Program-made: the position numbers and the translations under genes
The notes under the pieces: model-generated
Told to the model about the DNA's origin: nothing
What the model saw: only the letters and a program-made list of their open reading frames with translations
Databases searched by the model: none
Origin: Gammaproteobacteria bacterium
GTDB taxonomy: Bacteria > Pseudomonadota > Gammaproteobacteria > SZUA-140
Assembly (NCBI GenBank): GCA_020845975.1
Contig: JADLET010000084.1
Coordinates: 2,509-66,508, forward strand
Direction of reading: 5' to 3'
Length of the DNA stretch: 64,000 nucleotides
In this document: positions 1-8,892 of the stretch, one piece after another
Layout of the letters: each line of letters opens with the position of its first letter
Numbering within the stretch: the stretch's first letter is position 1

Positions 1-144
1 GGCGTCGATTTGCTTGCGGCCGAGCACAAGATTCGCGACGCCCTCGATCAGACCGGCGCGCGTGCGGCTCAGCCGCTCCTTGAGGCGGCCGAAGAATCCC
101 GGCCCCTTGCCGGAAACTTTGTCAGGACTTGTCGATCCAATCAT
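1..144 (-). CDS. ftsY: Signal recognition particle receptor FtsY, 5' fragment (N-terminus only; gene continues beyond window start)
   Basis: Minus-strand translation from ATG near 144 reads MIGSTSPDKVSGKGPGFFGRLKERLSRTRAGLIEGVANLVLGRKQIDA. The GFFGRLKERLSRTR...LGRK motif is the conserved FtsY N-terminal segment. It is not in the ORF track because no stop lies in the window. Confidence 0.55.
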   Translation of the reverse strand, partial: MIGSTSPDKVSGKGPGFFGRLKERLSRTRAGLIEGVANLVLGRKQIDA

Positions 145-208
145 TGAGTTGAATTCGTGTACAATCGGGGAATTTTCACCGCACCCTTTTTACCGGCAGG
201 AGTAACGC

Positions 209-1678
209 GTGACTTCAGGCAGGTATCCTACCACATCGAATATGGCGCAACTAACCCGCGCCGGCCGGCGGCGAGCCGGGATTCTGGCATCCCTTTCCAT
301 GCTGATCACCAGTGCGTTTTTCGCTGGCGTCGGGTATGCGGCGGCAGACGCAACGACGGAACCCGCGAAAACGGTCCACGAGTATACCCTCGGGAACGGG
401 ATGAAAGTGCTGGTAAAGGAAGATCACCGCGCGCCGATCGTGGTCTCGCAGGTCTGGTACAAGGTTGGCAGCAGCTACGAGCACGACGGAATCACCGGCG
501 TCTCGCACGCCCTTGAGCACATGATGTTCAAGGGCACCAGAAAGCATCCGGGTGGCGAATTCTCCCGCATAGTCAGCGAGAACGGCGGACGTGAGAACGC
601 CTTCACCGGCCGCGACTACACCACCTATTTCCAGCAGCTGGAAAAGAGCCGGCTCCCGATCAGCTTCGAGCTGGAGGCCGACCGCATGCGCAACCTTGTC
701 CTTCCGGCGGACGAGTTCGCGAAGGAGCTGAAGGTAGTGCAGGAAGAACGCCGCATGCGCACGGATGACAATCCCGAGGCGCTGACCTACGAACAGTTCT
801 CGGCCGCCGCCTTCGTCAACAGCCCCTATCATCACCCGATCATCGGCTGGATGAATGACCTCGATGCCATGCATATCGACGATCTCCGCGCCTGGTATCG
901 CACCTGGTATGCCCCCAACAATGCCACCCTGGTCGTGGCGGGCGATGTCGATCCGGAAGCGGTTTACAAGCTGGCGCGCAGGCATTTCAGCTCGCTCAAA
1001 CCGAGCCGGATACCGGCGCAGAAACCGCGGCTGGAGATCGCCCAGACCGGTGAACGCCGCATCACTGTGAAGGCGCCGGCCCAGCTTCCCTATCTGGTCA
1101 TGGGCTACAAGGTCCCGGTGCTGCGCACGGCGGAAGACGATGGCGAGATCTACGCGCTGGAGGTGCTGGCCGGGATACTGGACGGCGGGGACAGCGCGCG
1201 CATCTCGACGCGCCTGATCCGGGAACAGCGCATCGCCGCGAGCGCGGGTGCCGGCTACAATCCCTATTCGCGCCTCGATGACCTGTTTATCCTGGATGGC
1301 ACCCCCGCCCAGGGGCACGACGTGGCTGAACTGGAACAGGCGTTGCGCCAGGAAATTCAACGACTCAGCGACGAACCGGTCACCGCGGAGGAACTCGGCC
1401 GCATCAAGACCCAGGTCATCGCCGCGGACGTCTACCAGCGCGACTCGGTCTTCTACCAGGCGATGCAGCTCGGCATGCTCGAGACGGTCGGACTGAACTG
1501 GCGCCTCGCGGATACCTACGTCGAGCGTATCCGCGCTGTCACGGCTGAACAGGTGCAGGCCGTGGCGCGCAAATACCTGGGCCCGGACCGACTGACCGTC
1601 GCCGTGCTGTCCCCCTTGCCGATAGATCCTTCCCGTCCGCCTCCTGCCATGGGCGGCCTCGACAACAATATCCGCTGA
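209..1678 (+). CDS. M16-family zinc metallopeptidase (insulinase/pitrilysin-like, PqqL-type), secreted
   Basis: HALEHMMFKGT inverted zinc-binding HxxEH motif. N-terminal RR-containing signal-like region. Paired with a second M16 gene, which is typical. Confidence 0.85.
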   Translation: MTSGRYPTTSNMAQLTRAGRRRAGILASLSMLITSAFFAGVGYAAADATTEPAKTVHEYTLGNGMKVLVKEDHRAPIVVSQVWYKVGSSYEHDGITGVSHALEHMMFKGTRKHPGGEFSRIVSENGGRENAFTGRDYTTYFQQLEKSRLPISFELEADRMRNLVLPADEFAKELKVVQEERRMRTDDNPEALTYEQFSAAAFVNSPYHHPIIGWMNDLDAMHIDDLRAWYRTWYAPNNATLVVAGDVDPEAVYKLARRHFSSLKPSRIPAQKPRLEIAQTGERRITVKAPAQLPYLVMGYKVPVLRTAEDDGEIYALEVLAGILDGGDSARISTRLIREQRIAASAGAGYNPYSRLDDLFILDGTPAQGHDVAELEQALRQEIQRLSDEPVTAEELGRIKTQVIAADVYQRDSVFYQAMQLGMLETVGLNWRLADTYVERIRAVTAEQVQAVARKYLGPDRLTVAVLSPLPIDPSRPPPAMGGLDNNIR

Positions 1679-1715
1679 CACGTGATCCAGCACCGGCGAC
1701 CATTTATCCGGAGTA

Positions 1716-3077
1716 ATGCCAGCCATGACAGGCCATAGCACGAAATTCGCTCTCTTGATCGTCTTGCCGCGGCGGTTTTCCCGCCTCGCTTTGTGGGCCG
1801 TGTGCCTGGCCTTCATGACCCACGCCGTCGCCGCACCCGAGATTCAGCGCTGGGACACCACGAATGGAGCGCGCGTCTATTTCGTCCAGGCGATGGAACT
1901 GCCGATGGTCGATATCCAGCTGGTATTCGACGCGGGCAGCGCCCGCAACGGAGACAAACCGGGACTCGCCCTGCTGACCAGCGCCCTGCTCGATGACGGG
2001 GCGGGCGATCTCGACGCCGACGCCATTGCGTCGGGATTCGAGAATCTCGGCGCCCAGTTCGGCGCCAGCTCGCTGCGCGACATGGGCTCGGTCACCCTGC
2101 GCAGCCTGAGCGAACCGGCGCACCTGGATCCGGCGCTCGACCTCCTCGCGCGGATCCTGCGCACCCCGGCCTTTCCCGCCGATGCGCTGGAACGCGAGCG
2201 CAATCGCATGCTGATCGCGTTACAGTCACAGGATCAATCCCCGGAGGATATCGCACAAAAGACGTTTTTCCAGGCGGTCTACGGCGACCACCCCTACGCC
2301 GCCGATCCGCTCGGCACGCCGGAATCGCTGCCGGCGCTCACGCGCGGGGATCTCGAGGATTTCTATCAACAGTATTACGTGGCGCGTAACGCGGTGATCG
2401 CCCTGGTCGGCGCGCTGGACCGCGCCGATGCCGAGCGTATCGCCCAGCGCCTCGCCGACGGACTCGCCGAAGGCGGCCGCGCGGCGCCGCTGCCCCCGGT
2501 CACCCCGCTCGCGGAAGCAAGAACGGAACATGTGGAATATCCTTCGTCACAGACCCACGTGCTGGTGGGCGCGGCGGGGATCACGCGCGACGACCCCGAT
2601 TATTTTCCCCTCTACGTCGGCAATCATGTCCTCGGCGGCAGCGGACTCGTATCGCGCATCAGCGCCGAGATTCGCGAGAAGCGCGGGCTTGCCTACAGCG
2701 CCTACAGCTACTTCACCCCCATGCGCGCCGCCGGCCCGTACACCCTTGGCCTGCAGACGCGCGGCGATCAGGCGCAACAGGCCGTGAAAATCCTGGACCA
2801 GACCCTGGGCAATTTCATTCAGGGCGGACCCACCGCAGCGGAACTGACCGCTTCAAAGAAAAACATCACCGGCGGATTCCCGCTGCGCATCGCCAGCAAC
2901 AGCAATATCGCGGGCAACCTCGCCATGATCGGTTTTTATGACCTGCCGCTGGATTATCTCGACCGCTTCAATGAACGCGTCGACGCCGTCACGATCAACC
3001 AGATCCGGGATGCCTACCAGCGGCGCGTGCATGCCAATCAGATGGTAACGGTGACCGTTGGCACCACGGCACCGTAA
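1716..3077 (+). CDS. M16-family peptidase, second (likely non-catalytic) subunit
   Basis: Insulinase-like architecture with signal peptide and no HxxEH motif. Sits immediately downstream of the catalytic M16 gene. Confidence 0.75.
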   Translation: MPAMTGHSTKFALLIVLPRRFSRLALWAVCLAFMTHAVAAPEIQRWDTTNGARVYFVQAMELPMVDIQLVFDAGSARNGDKPGLALLTSALLDDGAGDLDADAIASGFENLGAQFGASSLRDMGSVTLRSLSEPAHLDPALDLLARILRTPAFPADALERERNRMLIALQSQDQSPEDIAQKTFFQAVYGDHPYAADPLGTPESLPALTRGDLEDFYQQYYVARNAVIALVGALDRADAERIAQRLADGLAEGGRAAPLPPVTPLAEARTEHVEYPSSQTHVLVGAAGITRDDPDYFPLYVGNHVLGGSGLVSRISAEIREKRGLAYSAYSYFTPMRAAGPYTLGLQTRGDQAQQAVKILDQTLGNFIQGGPTAAELTASKKNITGGFPLRIASNSNIAGNLAMIGFYDLPLDYLDRFNERVDAVTINQIRDAYQRRVHANQMVTVTVGTTAP

Positions 3078-3663
3078 AACGGCCGGAACGGGGGAGAGCG
3101 GACGGCTGCGCATCATCGGTGGCCAGTGGCGCAGCCGCCGAATCGAATTCGCCACCGTCGCGGGCGTCCGCCCCACGGCTGACCGCATTCGCGAGACCCT
3201 GTTCAACTGGCTGCGTGAAGCGATTCCCGGCGCACGCTGCCTTGATCTCTACGCGGGCAGCGGTGCGCTCGGCTTCGAGGCGCTCTCGCGCGGCGCACGC
3301 AGCGTCGTCTTCGTCGACCAGGACATTCGGGTCGTACAGCAGTTACAGACCAACGCCGCGCTGCTCGGCGCGCAGGGCGCGGAGATCGTCTGGTCGGATG
3401 CGCTGGAATACCTGGCGCAGGGCGGCAGGGACAAATTCGACGTGGTCTTTCTCGACCCGCCCTTCCGCGATGACGTGATCGGAGAACTCTGCCGCAAACT
3501 GGAACACCACGGCCTGCTGGCCAGCCAGGCCTGTATCTACCTGGAATCGGATCAGCACCGCGCCCCGCCTGAACTGCCCGCCAACTGGCGGCTGCTGCAC
3601 GACAAATCCGCCGGACAGGTTGCCTATCGGCTCGCCCGTCGCGACGCCGCGGCCGATCGATAG
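3058..3663 (+). CDS. rsmD: 16S rRNA (guanine966-N2)-methyltransferase RsmD
   Basis: RIIGGQWR...DRIRETLFNWL...LDLYAGSGALGFEALSRGA...FLDPPF motifs. Conserved position between ftsY and coaD. Confidence 0.85.
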   Translation: MAPRHRKTAGTGESGRLRIIGGQWRSRRIEFATVAGVRPTADRIRETLFNWLREAIPGARCLDLYAGSGALGFEALSRGARSVVFVDQDIRVVQQLQTNAALLGAQGAEIVWSDALEYLAQGGRDKFDVVFLDPPFRDDVIGELCRKLEHHGLLASQACIYLESDQHRAPPELPANWRLLHDKSAGQVAYRLARRDAAADR

Positions 3664-3729
3664 GCGCACGCGGCCACGCGTATTTGCTGCTACACTGACG
3701 GACACCGGCCGCAAACCGGCAGAGGAATC

Positions 3730-4209
3730 ATGAAACAGCTCGCCATCTATCCCGGCACCTTCGATCCCATCACCCATGGGCACACCGATCTCGTCGAGCG
3801 TGCCGCCCGTGTGTTCGAGCGCGTCATCGTCGCGGTCGCGGCCAACCCGGTCAAGGCGCCGACCTTCTCGCTCGCGGAACGGATCCGCCTGGCCGAGGCC
3901 GTGCTGGGCGGGATCCAGGGCGTCGAGGTATGCGGCTTCGACCGCCTGCTGGTGGAATTCGCGCGCGAACACCAGGCCTCCATCATCCTGCGCGGACTGC
4001 GCGTGGTCTCGGACTTCGAATATGAATTCCAGCTCGCCGGCATGAACCGCAAGCTGGACCCGGGCATCGAGACCCTGTACCTGATGCCCGCCGAACAATA
4101 CGCCTATATCTCATCCAGCCTGGTCAAGGAAATCGCCTCCCTCGGCGGCGACATCTCCGCCTTCGTGCACGAAGGCGTCATGGCTGCGCTGTACAAAAAG
4201 ATGCGTTAA
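3730..4209 (+). CDS. coaD: Phosphopantetheine adenylyltransferase
   Basis: [25 protein letters not shown] is the canonical CoaD N-terminus with T/HxGH nucleotidyltransferase motif. 159 aa. Confidence 0.95.
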   Translation: MKQLAIYPGTFDPITHGHTDLVERAARVFERVIVAVAANPVKAPTFSLAERIRLAEAVLGGIQGVEVCGFDRLLVEFAREHQASIILRGLRVVSDFEYEFQLAGMNRKLDPGIETLYLMPAEQYAYISSSLVKEIASLGGDISAFVHEGVMAALYKKMR

Positions 4210-4246
4210 GCTTCGTTAATTCGCTCCACTGCCCAATCTGATGTGA

Positions 4247-4513
<267 letters not shown>

Positions 4514-4520
4514 TGCCGGC

Positions 4521-6263
4521 ATGACGCCTCGAACCGCGCCTTCGACCCTGGTCCGCCCCGCCGGAGCGGGGATCGGTGGCGTCGGGCGCGCGCTCCTCGC
4601 CGGCCTGCTTGTTCTCGTCACGGGGACCCATGGCGCCTTCGCGCAGGCCGCTGACACACAAACCCCGTCCGCGGCCGCAGTCGCCTCCGCCCACCCGCTT
4701 GCCACCCGGGCGGGTCATGACATCCTGCAGGCGGGAGGTAATGCCTTCGATGCCGCGGTGGCGGTTGGCGCGATGCTGGCGGTGGTGGAACCGACCGGCT
4801 CCGGACTCGGCGGCGGCGGCTTCTGGCTGCTGCACCGCGCCGCGGACGGTCGGGAAATCATGCTCGATGGCCGCGAACGCGCACCGCTCGACGCGCATGC
4901 GGATATGTACCTGGACACAGACGGCGCGGTAATCCCTGCCGCGTCGATCAACGGCGCGCTGGCGTCGGCCATCCCCGGCACACCGGCCGCCCTGGCGCAC
5001 CTGGCCAGTCAGTACGGACGCCTGCCGCTGGCGCGCAGCCTCGCCCCCGCCATCCACGCCGCCCGCGAGGGGTTCCCCGTCGACGCGCATTATCTTCAAC
5101 TGGCGCGCTTCCGACTGGAGGCGCTGCGCCGTTCACCCGCCGCCGCGGCCATCTTCCTCGATCAGGGTGATCTGCCGAAAGAAGGTTACATCCTGCGGCA
5201 GCCTGATCTGGCGCGGGCGCTGGAGTCGATCGCCGGGCACGGGCATGCGGGTTTCTATGCAGGCCCGTTGGCCCAGGACCTCGTCGATGGCGTGCGTGCG
5301 GCGGGGGGCATCTGGAGCCTGCGCGACCTCGCCGGCTACCGTGTCGTCGAACGCGAACCGGTGCGAGGCGAATATCGCGGCATACGCATCACCACGGCCG
5401 CGCCCCCGTCCTCCGGCGGCATCGCGCTCGTCACCATGCTGAACATCCTCGCCGGTTATCCCCTCGAGGACCTCGCCGCGCCCGACCGCGCGCACCTCGT
5501 CATCGAGGCCATGCGCCGTGCCTACCGCGACCGCGCCGTCTACCTCGGCGACCCGGACTTCACGGAGGTCCCGATGGAAGTATTGCTGTCTCCGGCCTAC
5601 GCGGCCGGCCTGCGCAACGCCATCCGCCCCGATCGCGCCACGCCGAGCGCGATGCTCCCCGGTGTCGCGGCCGATGCGACGGGCACGGACACCACCCACT
5701 TCTCGATCCTGGATCGCGCCGGCAATCGCGTGGCCGCGACGCTGTCGATCAATCTCCCCTTCGGGGCCGCCTTCATGCCGCCCGGCACCGGGATCCTGCT
5801 CAACAACGAAATGGATGATTTCTCCATCAAGCCGGGCGTGGGCAATTCCTATGGCCTGGTCGGCGCGCAGCCCAATGCCATCGCACCGGGCAAGCGGCCG
5901 CTTTCGAGCATGACGCCGACCTTCCTCGACGATGGCCGCCGGATCGCGATCCTCGGCACGCCGGGAGGCAGCCGCATCATTACCATGGTACTGCTGGCCG
6001 CACTCGACTTTCAGCGTGGCGCCCCACCGCGGGAATGGGTGGGGTTGCGGCGTTATCACCACCAGTATCTGCCGGATGTCGTGAGCTACGAACCGGGCAC
6101 ATTCAGCGCGGACGAGACAGCGGCCCTGGCCGCGCGCGGGCATACGCTCGAGGAACGCACACGTCCTTACGGCAACATGCAGGCGATCCTGTGGGACCGC
6201 GCGGACAATCGCGTCAGCGCCGCGAGCGATCCACGCGGTGGTGGCACGGCCGAAACTCGCTGA
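4521..6263 (+). CDS. ggt: Gamma-glutamyltranspeptidase
   Basis: Signal peptide. TTHFSILD catalytic threonine region and GGSRIIT motif. 580 aa. Confidence 0.9.
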   Translation: MTPRTAPSTLVRPAGAGIGGVGRALLAGLLVLVTGTHGAFAQAADTQTPSAAAVASAHPLATRAGHDILQAGGNAFDAAVAVGAMLAVVEPTGSGLGGGGFWLLHRAADGREIMLDGRERAPLDAHADMYLDTDGAVIPAASINGALASAIPGTPAALAHLASQYGRLPLARSLAPAIHAAREGFPVDAHYLQLARFRLEALRRSPAAAAIFLDQGDLPKEGYILRQPDLARALESIAGHGHAGFYAGPLAQDLVDGVRAAGGIWSLRDLAGYRVVEREPVRGEYRGIRITTAAPPSSGGIALVTMLNILAGYPLEDLAAPDRAHLVIEAMRRAYRDRAVYLGDPDFTEVPMEVLLSPAYAAGLRNAIRPDRATPSAMLPGVAADATGTDTTHFSILDRAGNRVAATLSINLPFGAAFMPPGTGILLNNEMDDFSIKPGVGNSYGLVGAQPNAIAPGKRPLSSMTPTFLDDGRRIAILGTPGGSRIITMVLLAALDFQRGAPPREWVGLRRYHHQYLPDVVSYEPGTFSADETAALAARGHTLEERTRPYGNMQAILWDRADNRVSAASDPRGGGTAETR

Positions 6264-6293
6264 GTACCGCGCCGCGACCCGGCCCCGACCGCC

Positions 6294-7067
6294 TTACAGC
6301 TCGCAGTCGTAGTCGATGGTCAGCGGAGCGTGATCGGAAAAGCGCTCGTCCTTGTAGATGGACACCATCCTGACCCGATCCTTCAGTCCGGGCGTGATTA
6401 CCTGGTAGTCGATGCGCCAGCCGACGTTCTTGGCCCAGGCCTGACCGCGATTGGACCACCAGGTGTACTGGTCCGCCTCCTGATTGACGACACGGAAGGC
6501 GTCGACGAAACCGAGCGGCACGAACAACTGGTCCATCCAGGCGCGCTCCTCGGGAAGAAAGCCGGAGTTCTTCTGATTGCCGCGCCAGTTCTTGATGTCC
6601 AGTTTTGTATGCGCGATGTTCCAGTCGCCGCAGATGACATACTCGCGTTTCCCGCAGCGAAATTCCTTGAGCACCGGGGTGAAGCGTTCCAGAAAATCGA
6701 ACTTCACCGCCTGGCGGTCCTCACTGCTGGAACCCGACGGAAGATACAGCGAGATCACACTGAGCGAACCGAAATCCGCCTGGATGAAACGCCCCTCCCG
6801 ATCCATGTCCGGCCAGCCGAGCCCCATCGTGACCTGGTCGGGCTCGCGCCGGCAATAGAGCGCCACGCCGCTGTAACCCTTCTTCTCCGCATCGTGATAA
6901 TAGGCGAAGTAACCGGCCGGCCTCAGCAACTCATCGTTCAGCTGATGCTCCTGCGACTTGGTCTCCTGCAGACACACCACATCGGCGCCCTGTCGCGCGA
7001 GCCACGGGAAGAAACCCTTGCGGGCAGCCGAGCGTATGCCATTGGCGTTCAGGCTGATGATGCGCAT
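6294..7067 (-). CDS. xthA: Exodeoxyribonuclease III
   Basis: MRIISLNANGIR N-terminus and C-terminal SDHAPL motif. Start re-placed on the internal ATG preceded by AGGGA (8 nt). The ORF-track start at 7100 is a GTG. Confidence 0.85.
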   Translation of the reverse strand: MRIISLNANGIRSAARKGFFPWLARQGADVVCLQETKSQEHQLNDELLRPAGYFAYYHDAEKKGYSGVALYCRREPDQVTMGLGWPDMDREGRFIQADFGSLSVISLYLPSGSSSEDRQAVKFDFLERFTPVLKEFRCGKREYVICGDWNIAHTKLDIKNWRGNQKNSGFLPEERAWMDQLFVPLGFVDAFRVVNQEADQYTWWSNRGQAWAKNVGWRIDYQVITPGLKDRVRMVSIYKDERFSDHAPLTIDYDCEL

Positions 7068-7163
7068 CAATGCCATCCCTTGCTTGTCTGTCGAAGGCAC
7101 CGATGATACTGGAGCCGACGCGCGGCGTGAATTTGGAAGGCGCGGGAATTTTCCATGGATTGC

Positions 7164-7196
7164 TTGACATCTGAAAATTTCATCTCACACTAGACC
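7164..7196 (+). promoter_or_regulatory. Putative sigma70-like promoter for the leader transcript (TTGACA at 7164-7169 with a weak -10); orientation ambiguous
   Basis: Perfect TTGACA hexamer in the AT-richer stretch ttgcTTGACAtctgaaaatttcatctcacactagacc. The -10 is poor. It could equally be read on the minus strand as an xthA promoter. Confidence 0.25.
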
Positions 7197-7693
7197 GATC
7201 AGCGCTCCACGCAGAAGGGAGCAGAGGGGGATGAAACGGTCGCGCTCCGCCGTCAAGCACCCGCACGCACTGGACTGGTCCGGTCCCGGCTCGACTGCCG
7301 TGGCGACGAGGATGCGGTCCCGGGTTCCGCTTCTCCCCGGATACGGCGACACCGCCGTCATCACCGCCCTCTATCCGCTCTCCCATACACCATCGCGTAC
7401 ATGGTCCGGCCGCACCCCGGGCGCATGACGTCACCCGCGTTTCTCCCCGGGCAAGGATGTCCATCGGGGAAACCGGCGCGGTCCGGCGGGTCTCCGCCGG
7501 ACCGCACCGTAATCCCGCCAGTCAGGCGGGATGCAGGCAAGACACCGGTCGCACCGCCATGGAAGCGGTCGCCCGTCCGCAATCCGCAGCATATCCGGCC
7601 ATGGCACAAACGGGATGCCGACAACCTGCGACACGTAACAGACAGCGGTCATCCTCACGCACGCACGCAACGGCCGGATAACGGTACGACATG

Positions 7694-7722
7694 AAAAAAA
7701 GCGGCCTGAATGCCGCTTTTTC
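7694..7722 (+). terminator. Intrinsic (rho-independent) terminator, bidirectional shape, 43 nt upstream of the parA-like start codon
   Basis: aaaaaaaGCGGCctgaatGCCGCttttt: GC stem, 6-nt loop, A-tract before and T-tract after. Confidence 0.7.
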
Positions 7723-7764
7723 ATGCCCATAAATGCCGTCGTCACGGGTGGAGGGACACGACAC

Positions 7765-8892
7765 ATGATCACGATCGCCATCGCCAATCAAAAGGGGGGA
7801 TGCGGCAAAACCACCGCCGCCATCAATCTGGCCGCCGCGCTGGGACGCAATGGCCATCGCGTACTGCTGGTCGACACCGATCCCCAGGGCCATGCCTCGC
7901 TGGGACTGGGACAACACTGCGGCAATCTGAACGGATTGTACGAGGTATTCATCCAGGAAGCAGAGCTCAGCGAGGTCATCATCCCCGCGGTAGCGCCCGG
8001 AGTCGATCTGGTGCCGTCGACCATCTCGCTCGCCGCCATCGAACACCTGCTGGCGGATCTGCCCCGCCGCGAGCGCCAGCTCGCGCAGCATCTGGACAGC
8101 CTGCCCCTGAACTACGACTTCGCCATCATCGACTGCCCGCCCACGCTCGGCCTGCTCTCATTCAATGCCTTGCGCGCCGCGGACCTGGTGCTGATACCGG
8201 TGGAGATGAGCGTGTTCGCGCTGGACGGGGTGGACCGCCTGCGTGACACCATCGAACTGCTGGCGGAAAAATACGAACTCGACATACCGGTACGCATACT
8301 GCCCAATCTGGTTGATCACCGCACCCGCTTCACGCAGGACACGCTGCATCGCCTGAAGGAGCGCTTCGGCGAGGAGATCCTCCCGGTGAGCATTCACTAT
8401 ACCGTGCGACTGAAGGAGGCCGCGGCGCGCGGCATACCCATCATCGATCACCAGCCCGGCTCGGTGGCGAGCGACAATTATCTCGCCCTGGCGGCGGAGA
8501 TCCTCCGCTTCAATGCGCAGACCATGCCTCGCGCACAGTCCGCGCGCGCTCCGTACGACGTCCCCCTTCCCGTCAGCCGCACTGTGGAAGAGCCGGATGA
8601 CGCGGATTACCGGCGGGACGTCAGCATGATCTTCCACGGACCCGCCGGGATCGATATCCAGATCGCCGGCGACTTCAACGGCTGGGCGCCCGATCAGGGG
8701 GTGGTGACGGAACGTCATGACGACATGCTGATCAAGACCCTGCATGTCGGTCCAGGACGCTATCAATACCGCCTGATCGTCAACGGGGAATGGCGCGCCG
8801 ACCCCACCAACCCGCGCTTCGAGACCAATGAATACGGCGAGATCAATTCCGTGCTCGAAGTGGAGGACATCCCGCACCTCGTCCCCGCATGA
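7765..8892 (+). CDS. ParA/MinD-family (deviant Walker A) ATPase fused to a C-terminal AMPK-beta glycogen-binding-like (CBM48/E-set) domain
   Basis: Start placed at the ATG giving MITIAIANQKGGCGKTT (KGGxGKT deviant Walker A), with GGAGGG SD 9 nt upstream. The ORF-track ATG at 7723 lies inside the terminator T-tract. The C-terminal ~90 aa VSMIFHGPAGIDIQIAGDFNGWAPD...GPGRYQYRLIVNGEWRADPTNPRF...NSVLEV matches the AMPK1_CBM/CBM48 consensus (F.W.G..V.L.GSFNNW...G.HQYKF.VDG.W..DP..P). Confidence 0.8.
   Translation: MITIAIANQKGGCGKTTAAINLAAALGRNGHRVLLVDTDPQGHASLGLGQHCGNLNGLYEVFIQEAELSEVIIPAVAPGVDLVPSTISLAAIEHLLADLPRRERQLAQHLDSLPLNYDFAIIDCPPTLGLLSFNALRAADLVLIPVEMSVFALDGVDRLRDTIELLAEKYELDIPVRILPNLVDHRTRFTQDTLHRLKERFGEEILPVSIHYTVRLKEAAARGIPIIDHQPGSVASDNYLALAAEILRFNAQTMPRAQSARAPYDVPLPVSRTVEEPDDADYRRDVSMIFHGPAGIDIQIAGDFNGWAPDQGVVTERHDDMLIKTLHVGPGRYQYRLIVNGEWRADPTNPRFETNEYGEINSVLEVEDIPHLVPA

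Noticed and set aside
7723-7764. ORF-track start of the ParA-like gene at ATG 7723
   Set aside because: That ATG lies inside the T-tract of the intrinsic terminator and adds 14 non-conserved residues. The downstream ATG at 7765 has a GGAGGG SD and begins the conserved ParA N-terminus.
7101-7764. tmRNA, 6S RNA, 4.5S RNA or a known riboswitch class in the leader
   Set aside because: Searched by eye for GGGGCUGAUUCUGGAUUCGACGGG / tag-peptide reading frame / CCA-proximal T-arm, the 4.5S GGAAGCAGCC box, and B12/TPP/glycine cores. Found none.
7180-7787. Six overlapping 65-118 aa ORFs in both strands of the xthA-parA intergenic region
   Set aside because: Mutually antisense and Arg/Pro-rich, with no SD-supported starts and none resembling a protein family. 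The region is better explained as structured non-coding RNA/leader.
7765-8892. Possibility that the ParA-like gene is McdA (carboxysome positioning)
   Set aside because: The RuBisCO locus in this window is the non-carboxysomal cbbLSQO type and lies 47 kb away. There is no McdB-like disordered partner downstream. The CBM48 fusion points to a carbohydrate cargo instead. I cannot exclude it without the rest of the genome.
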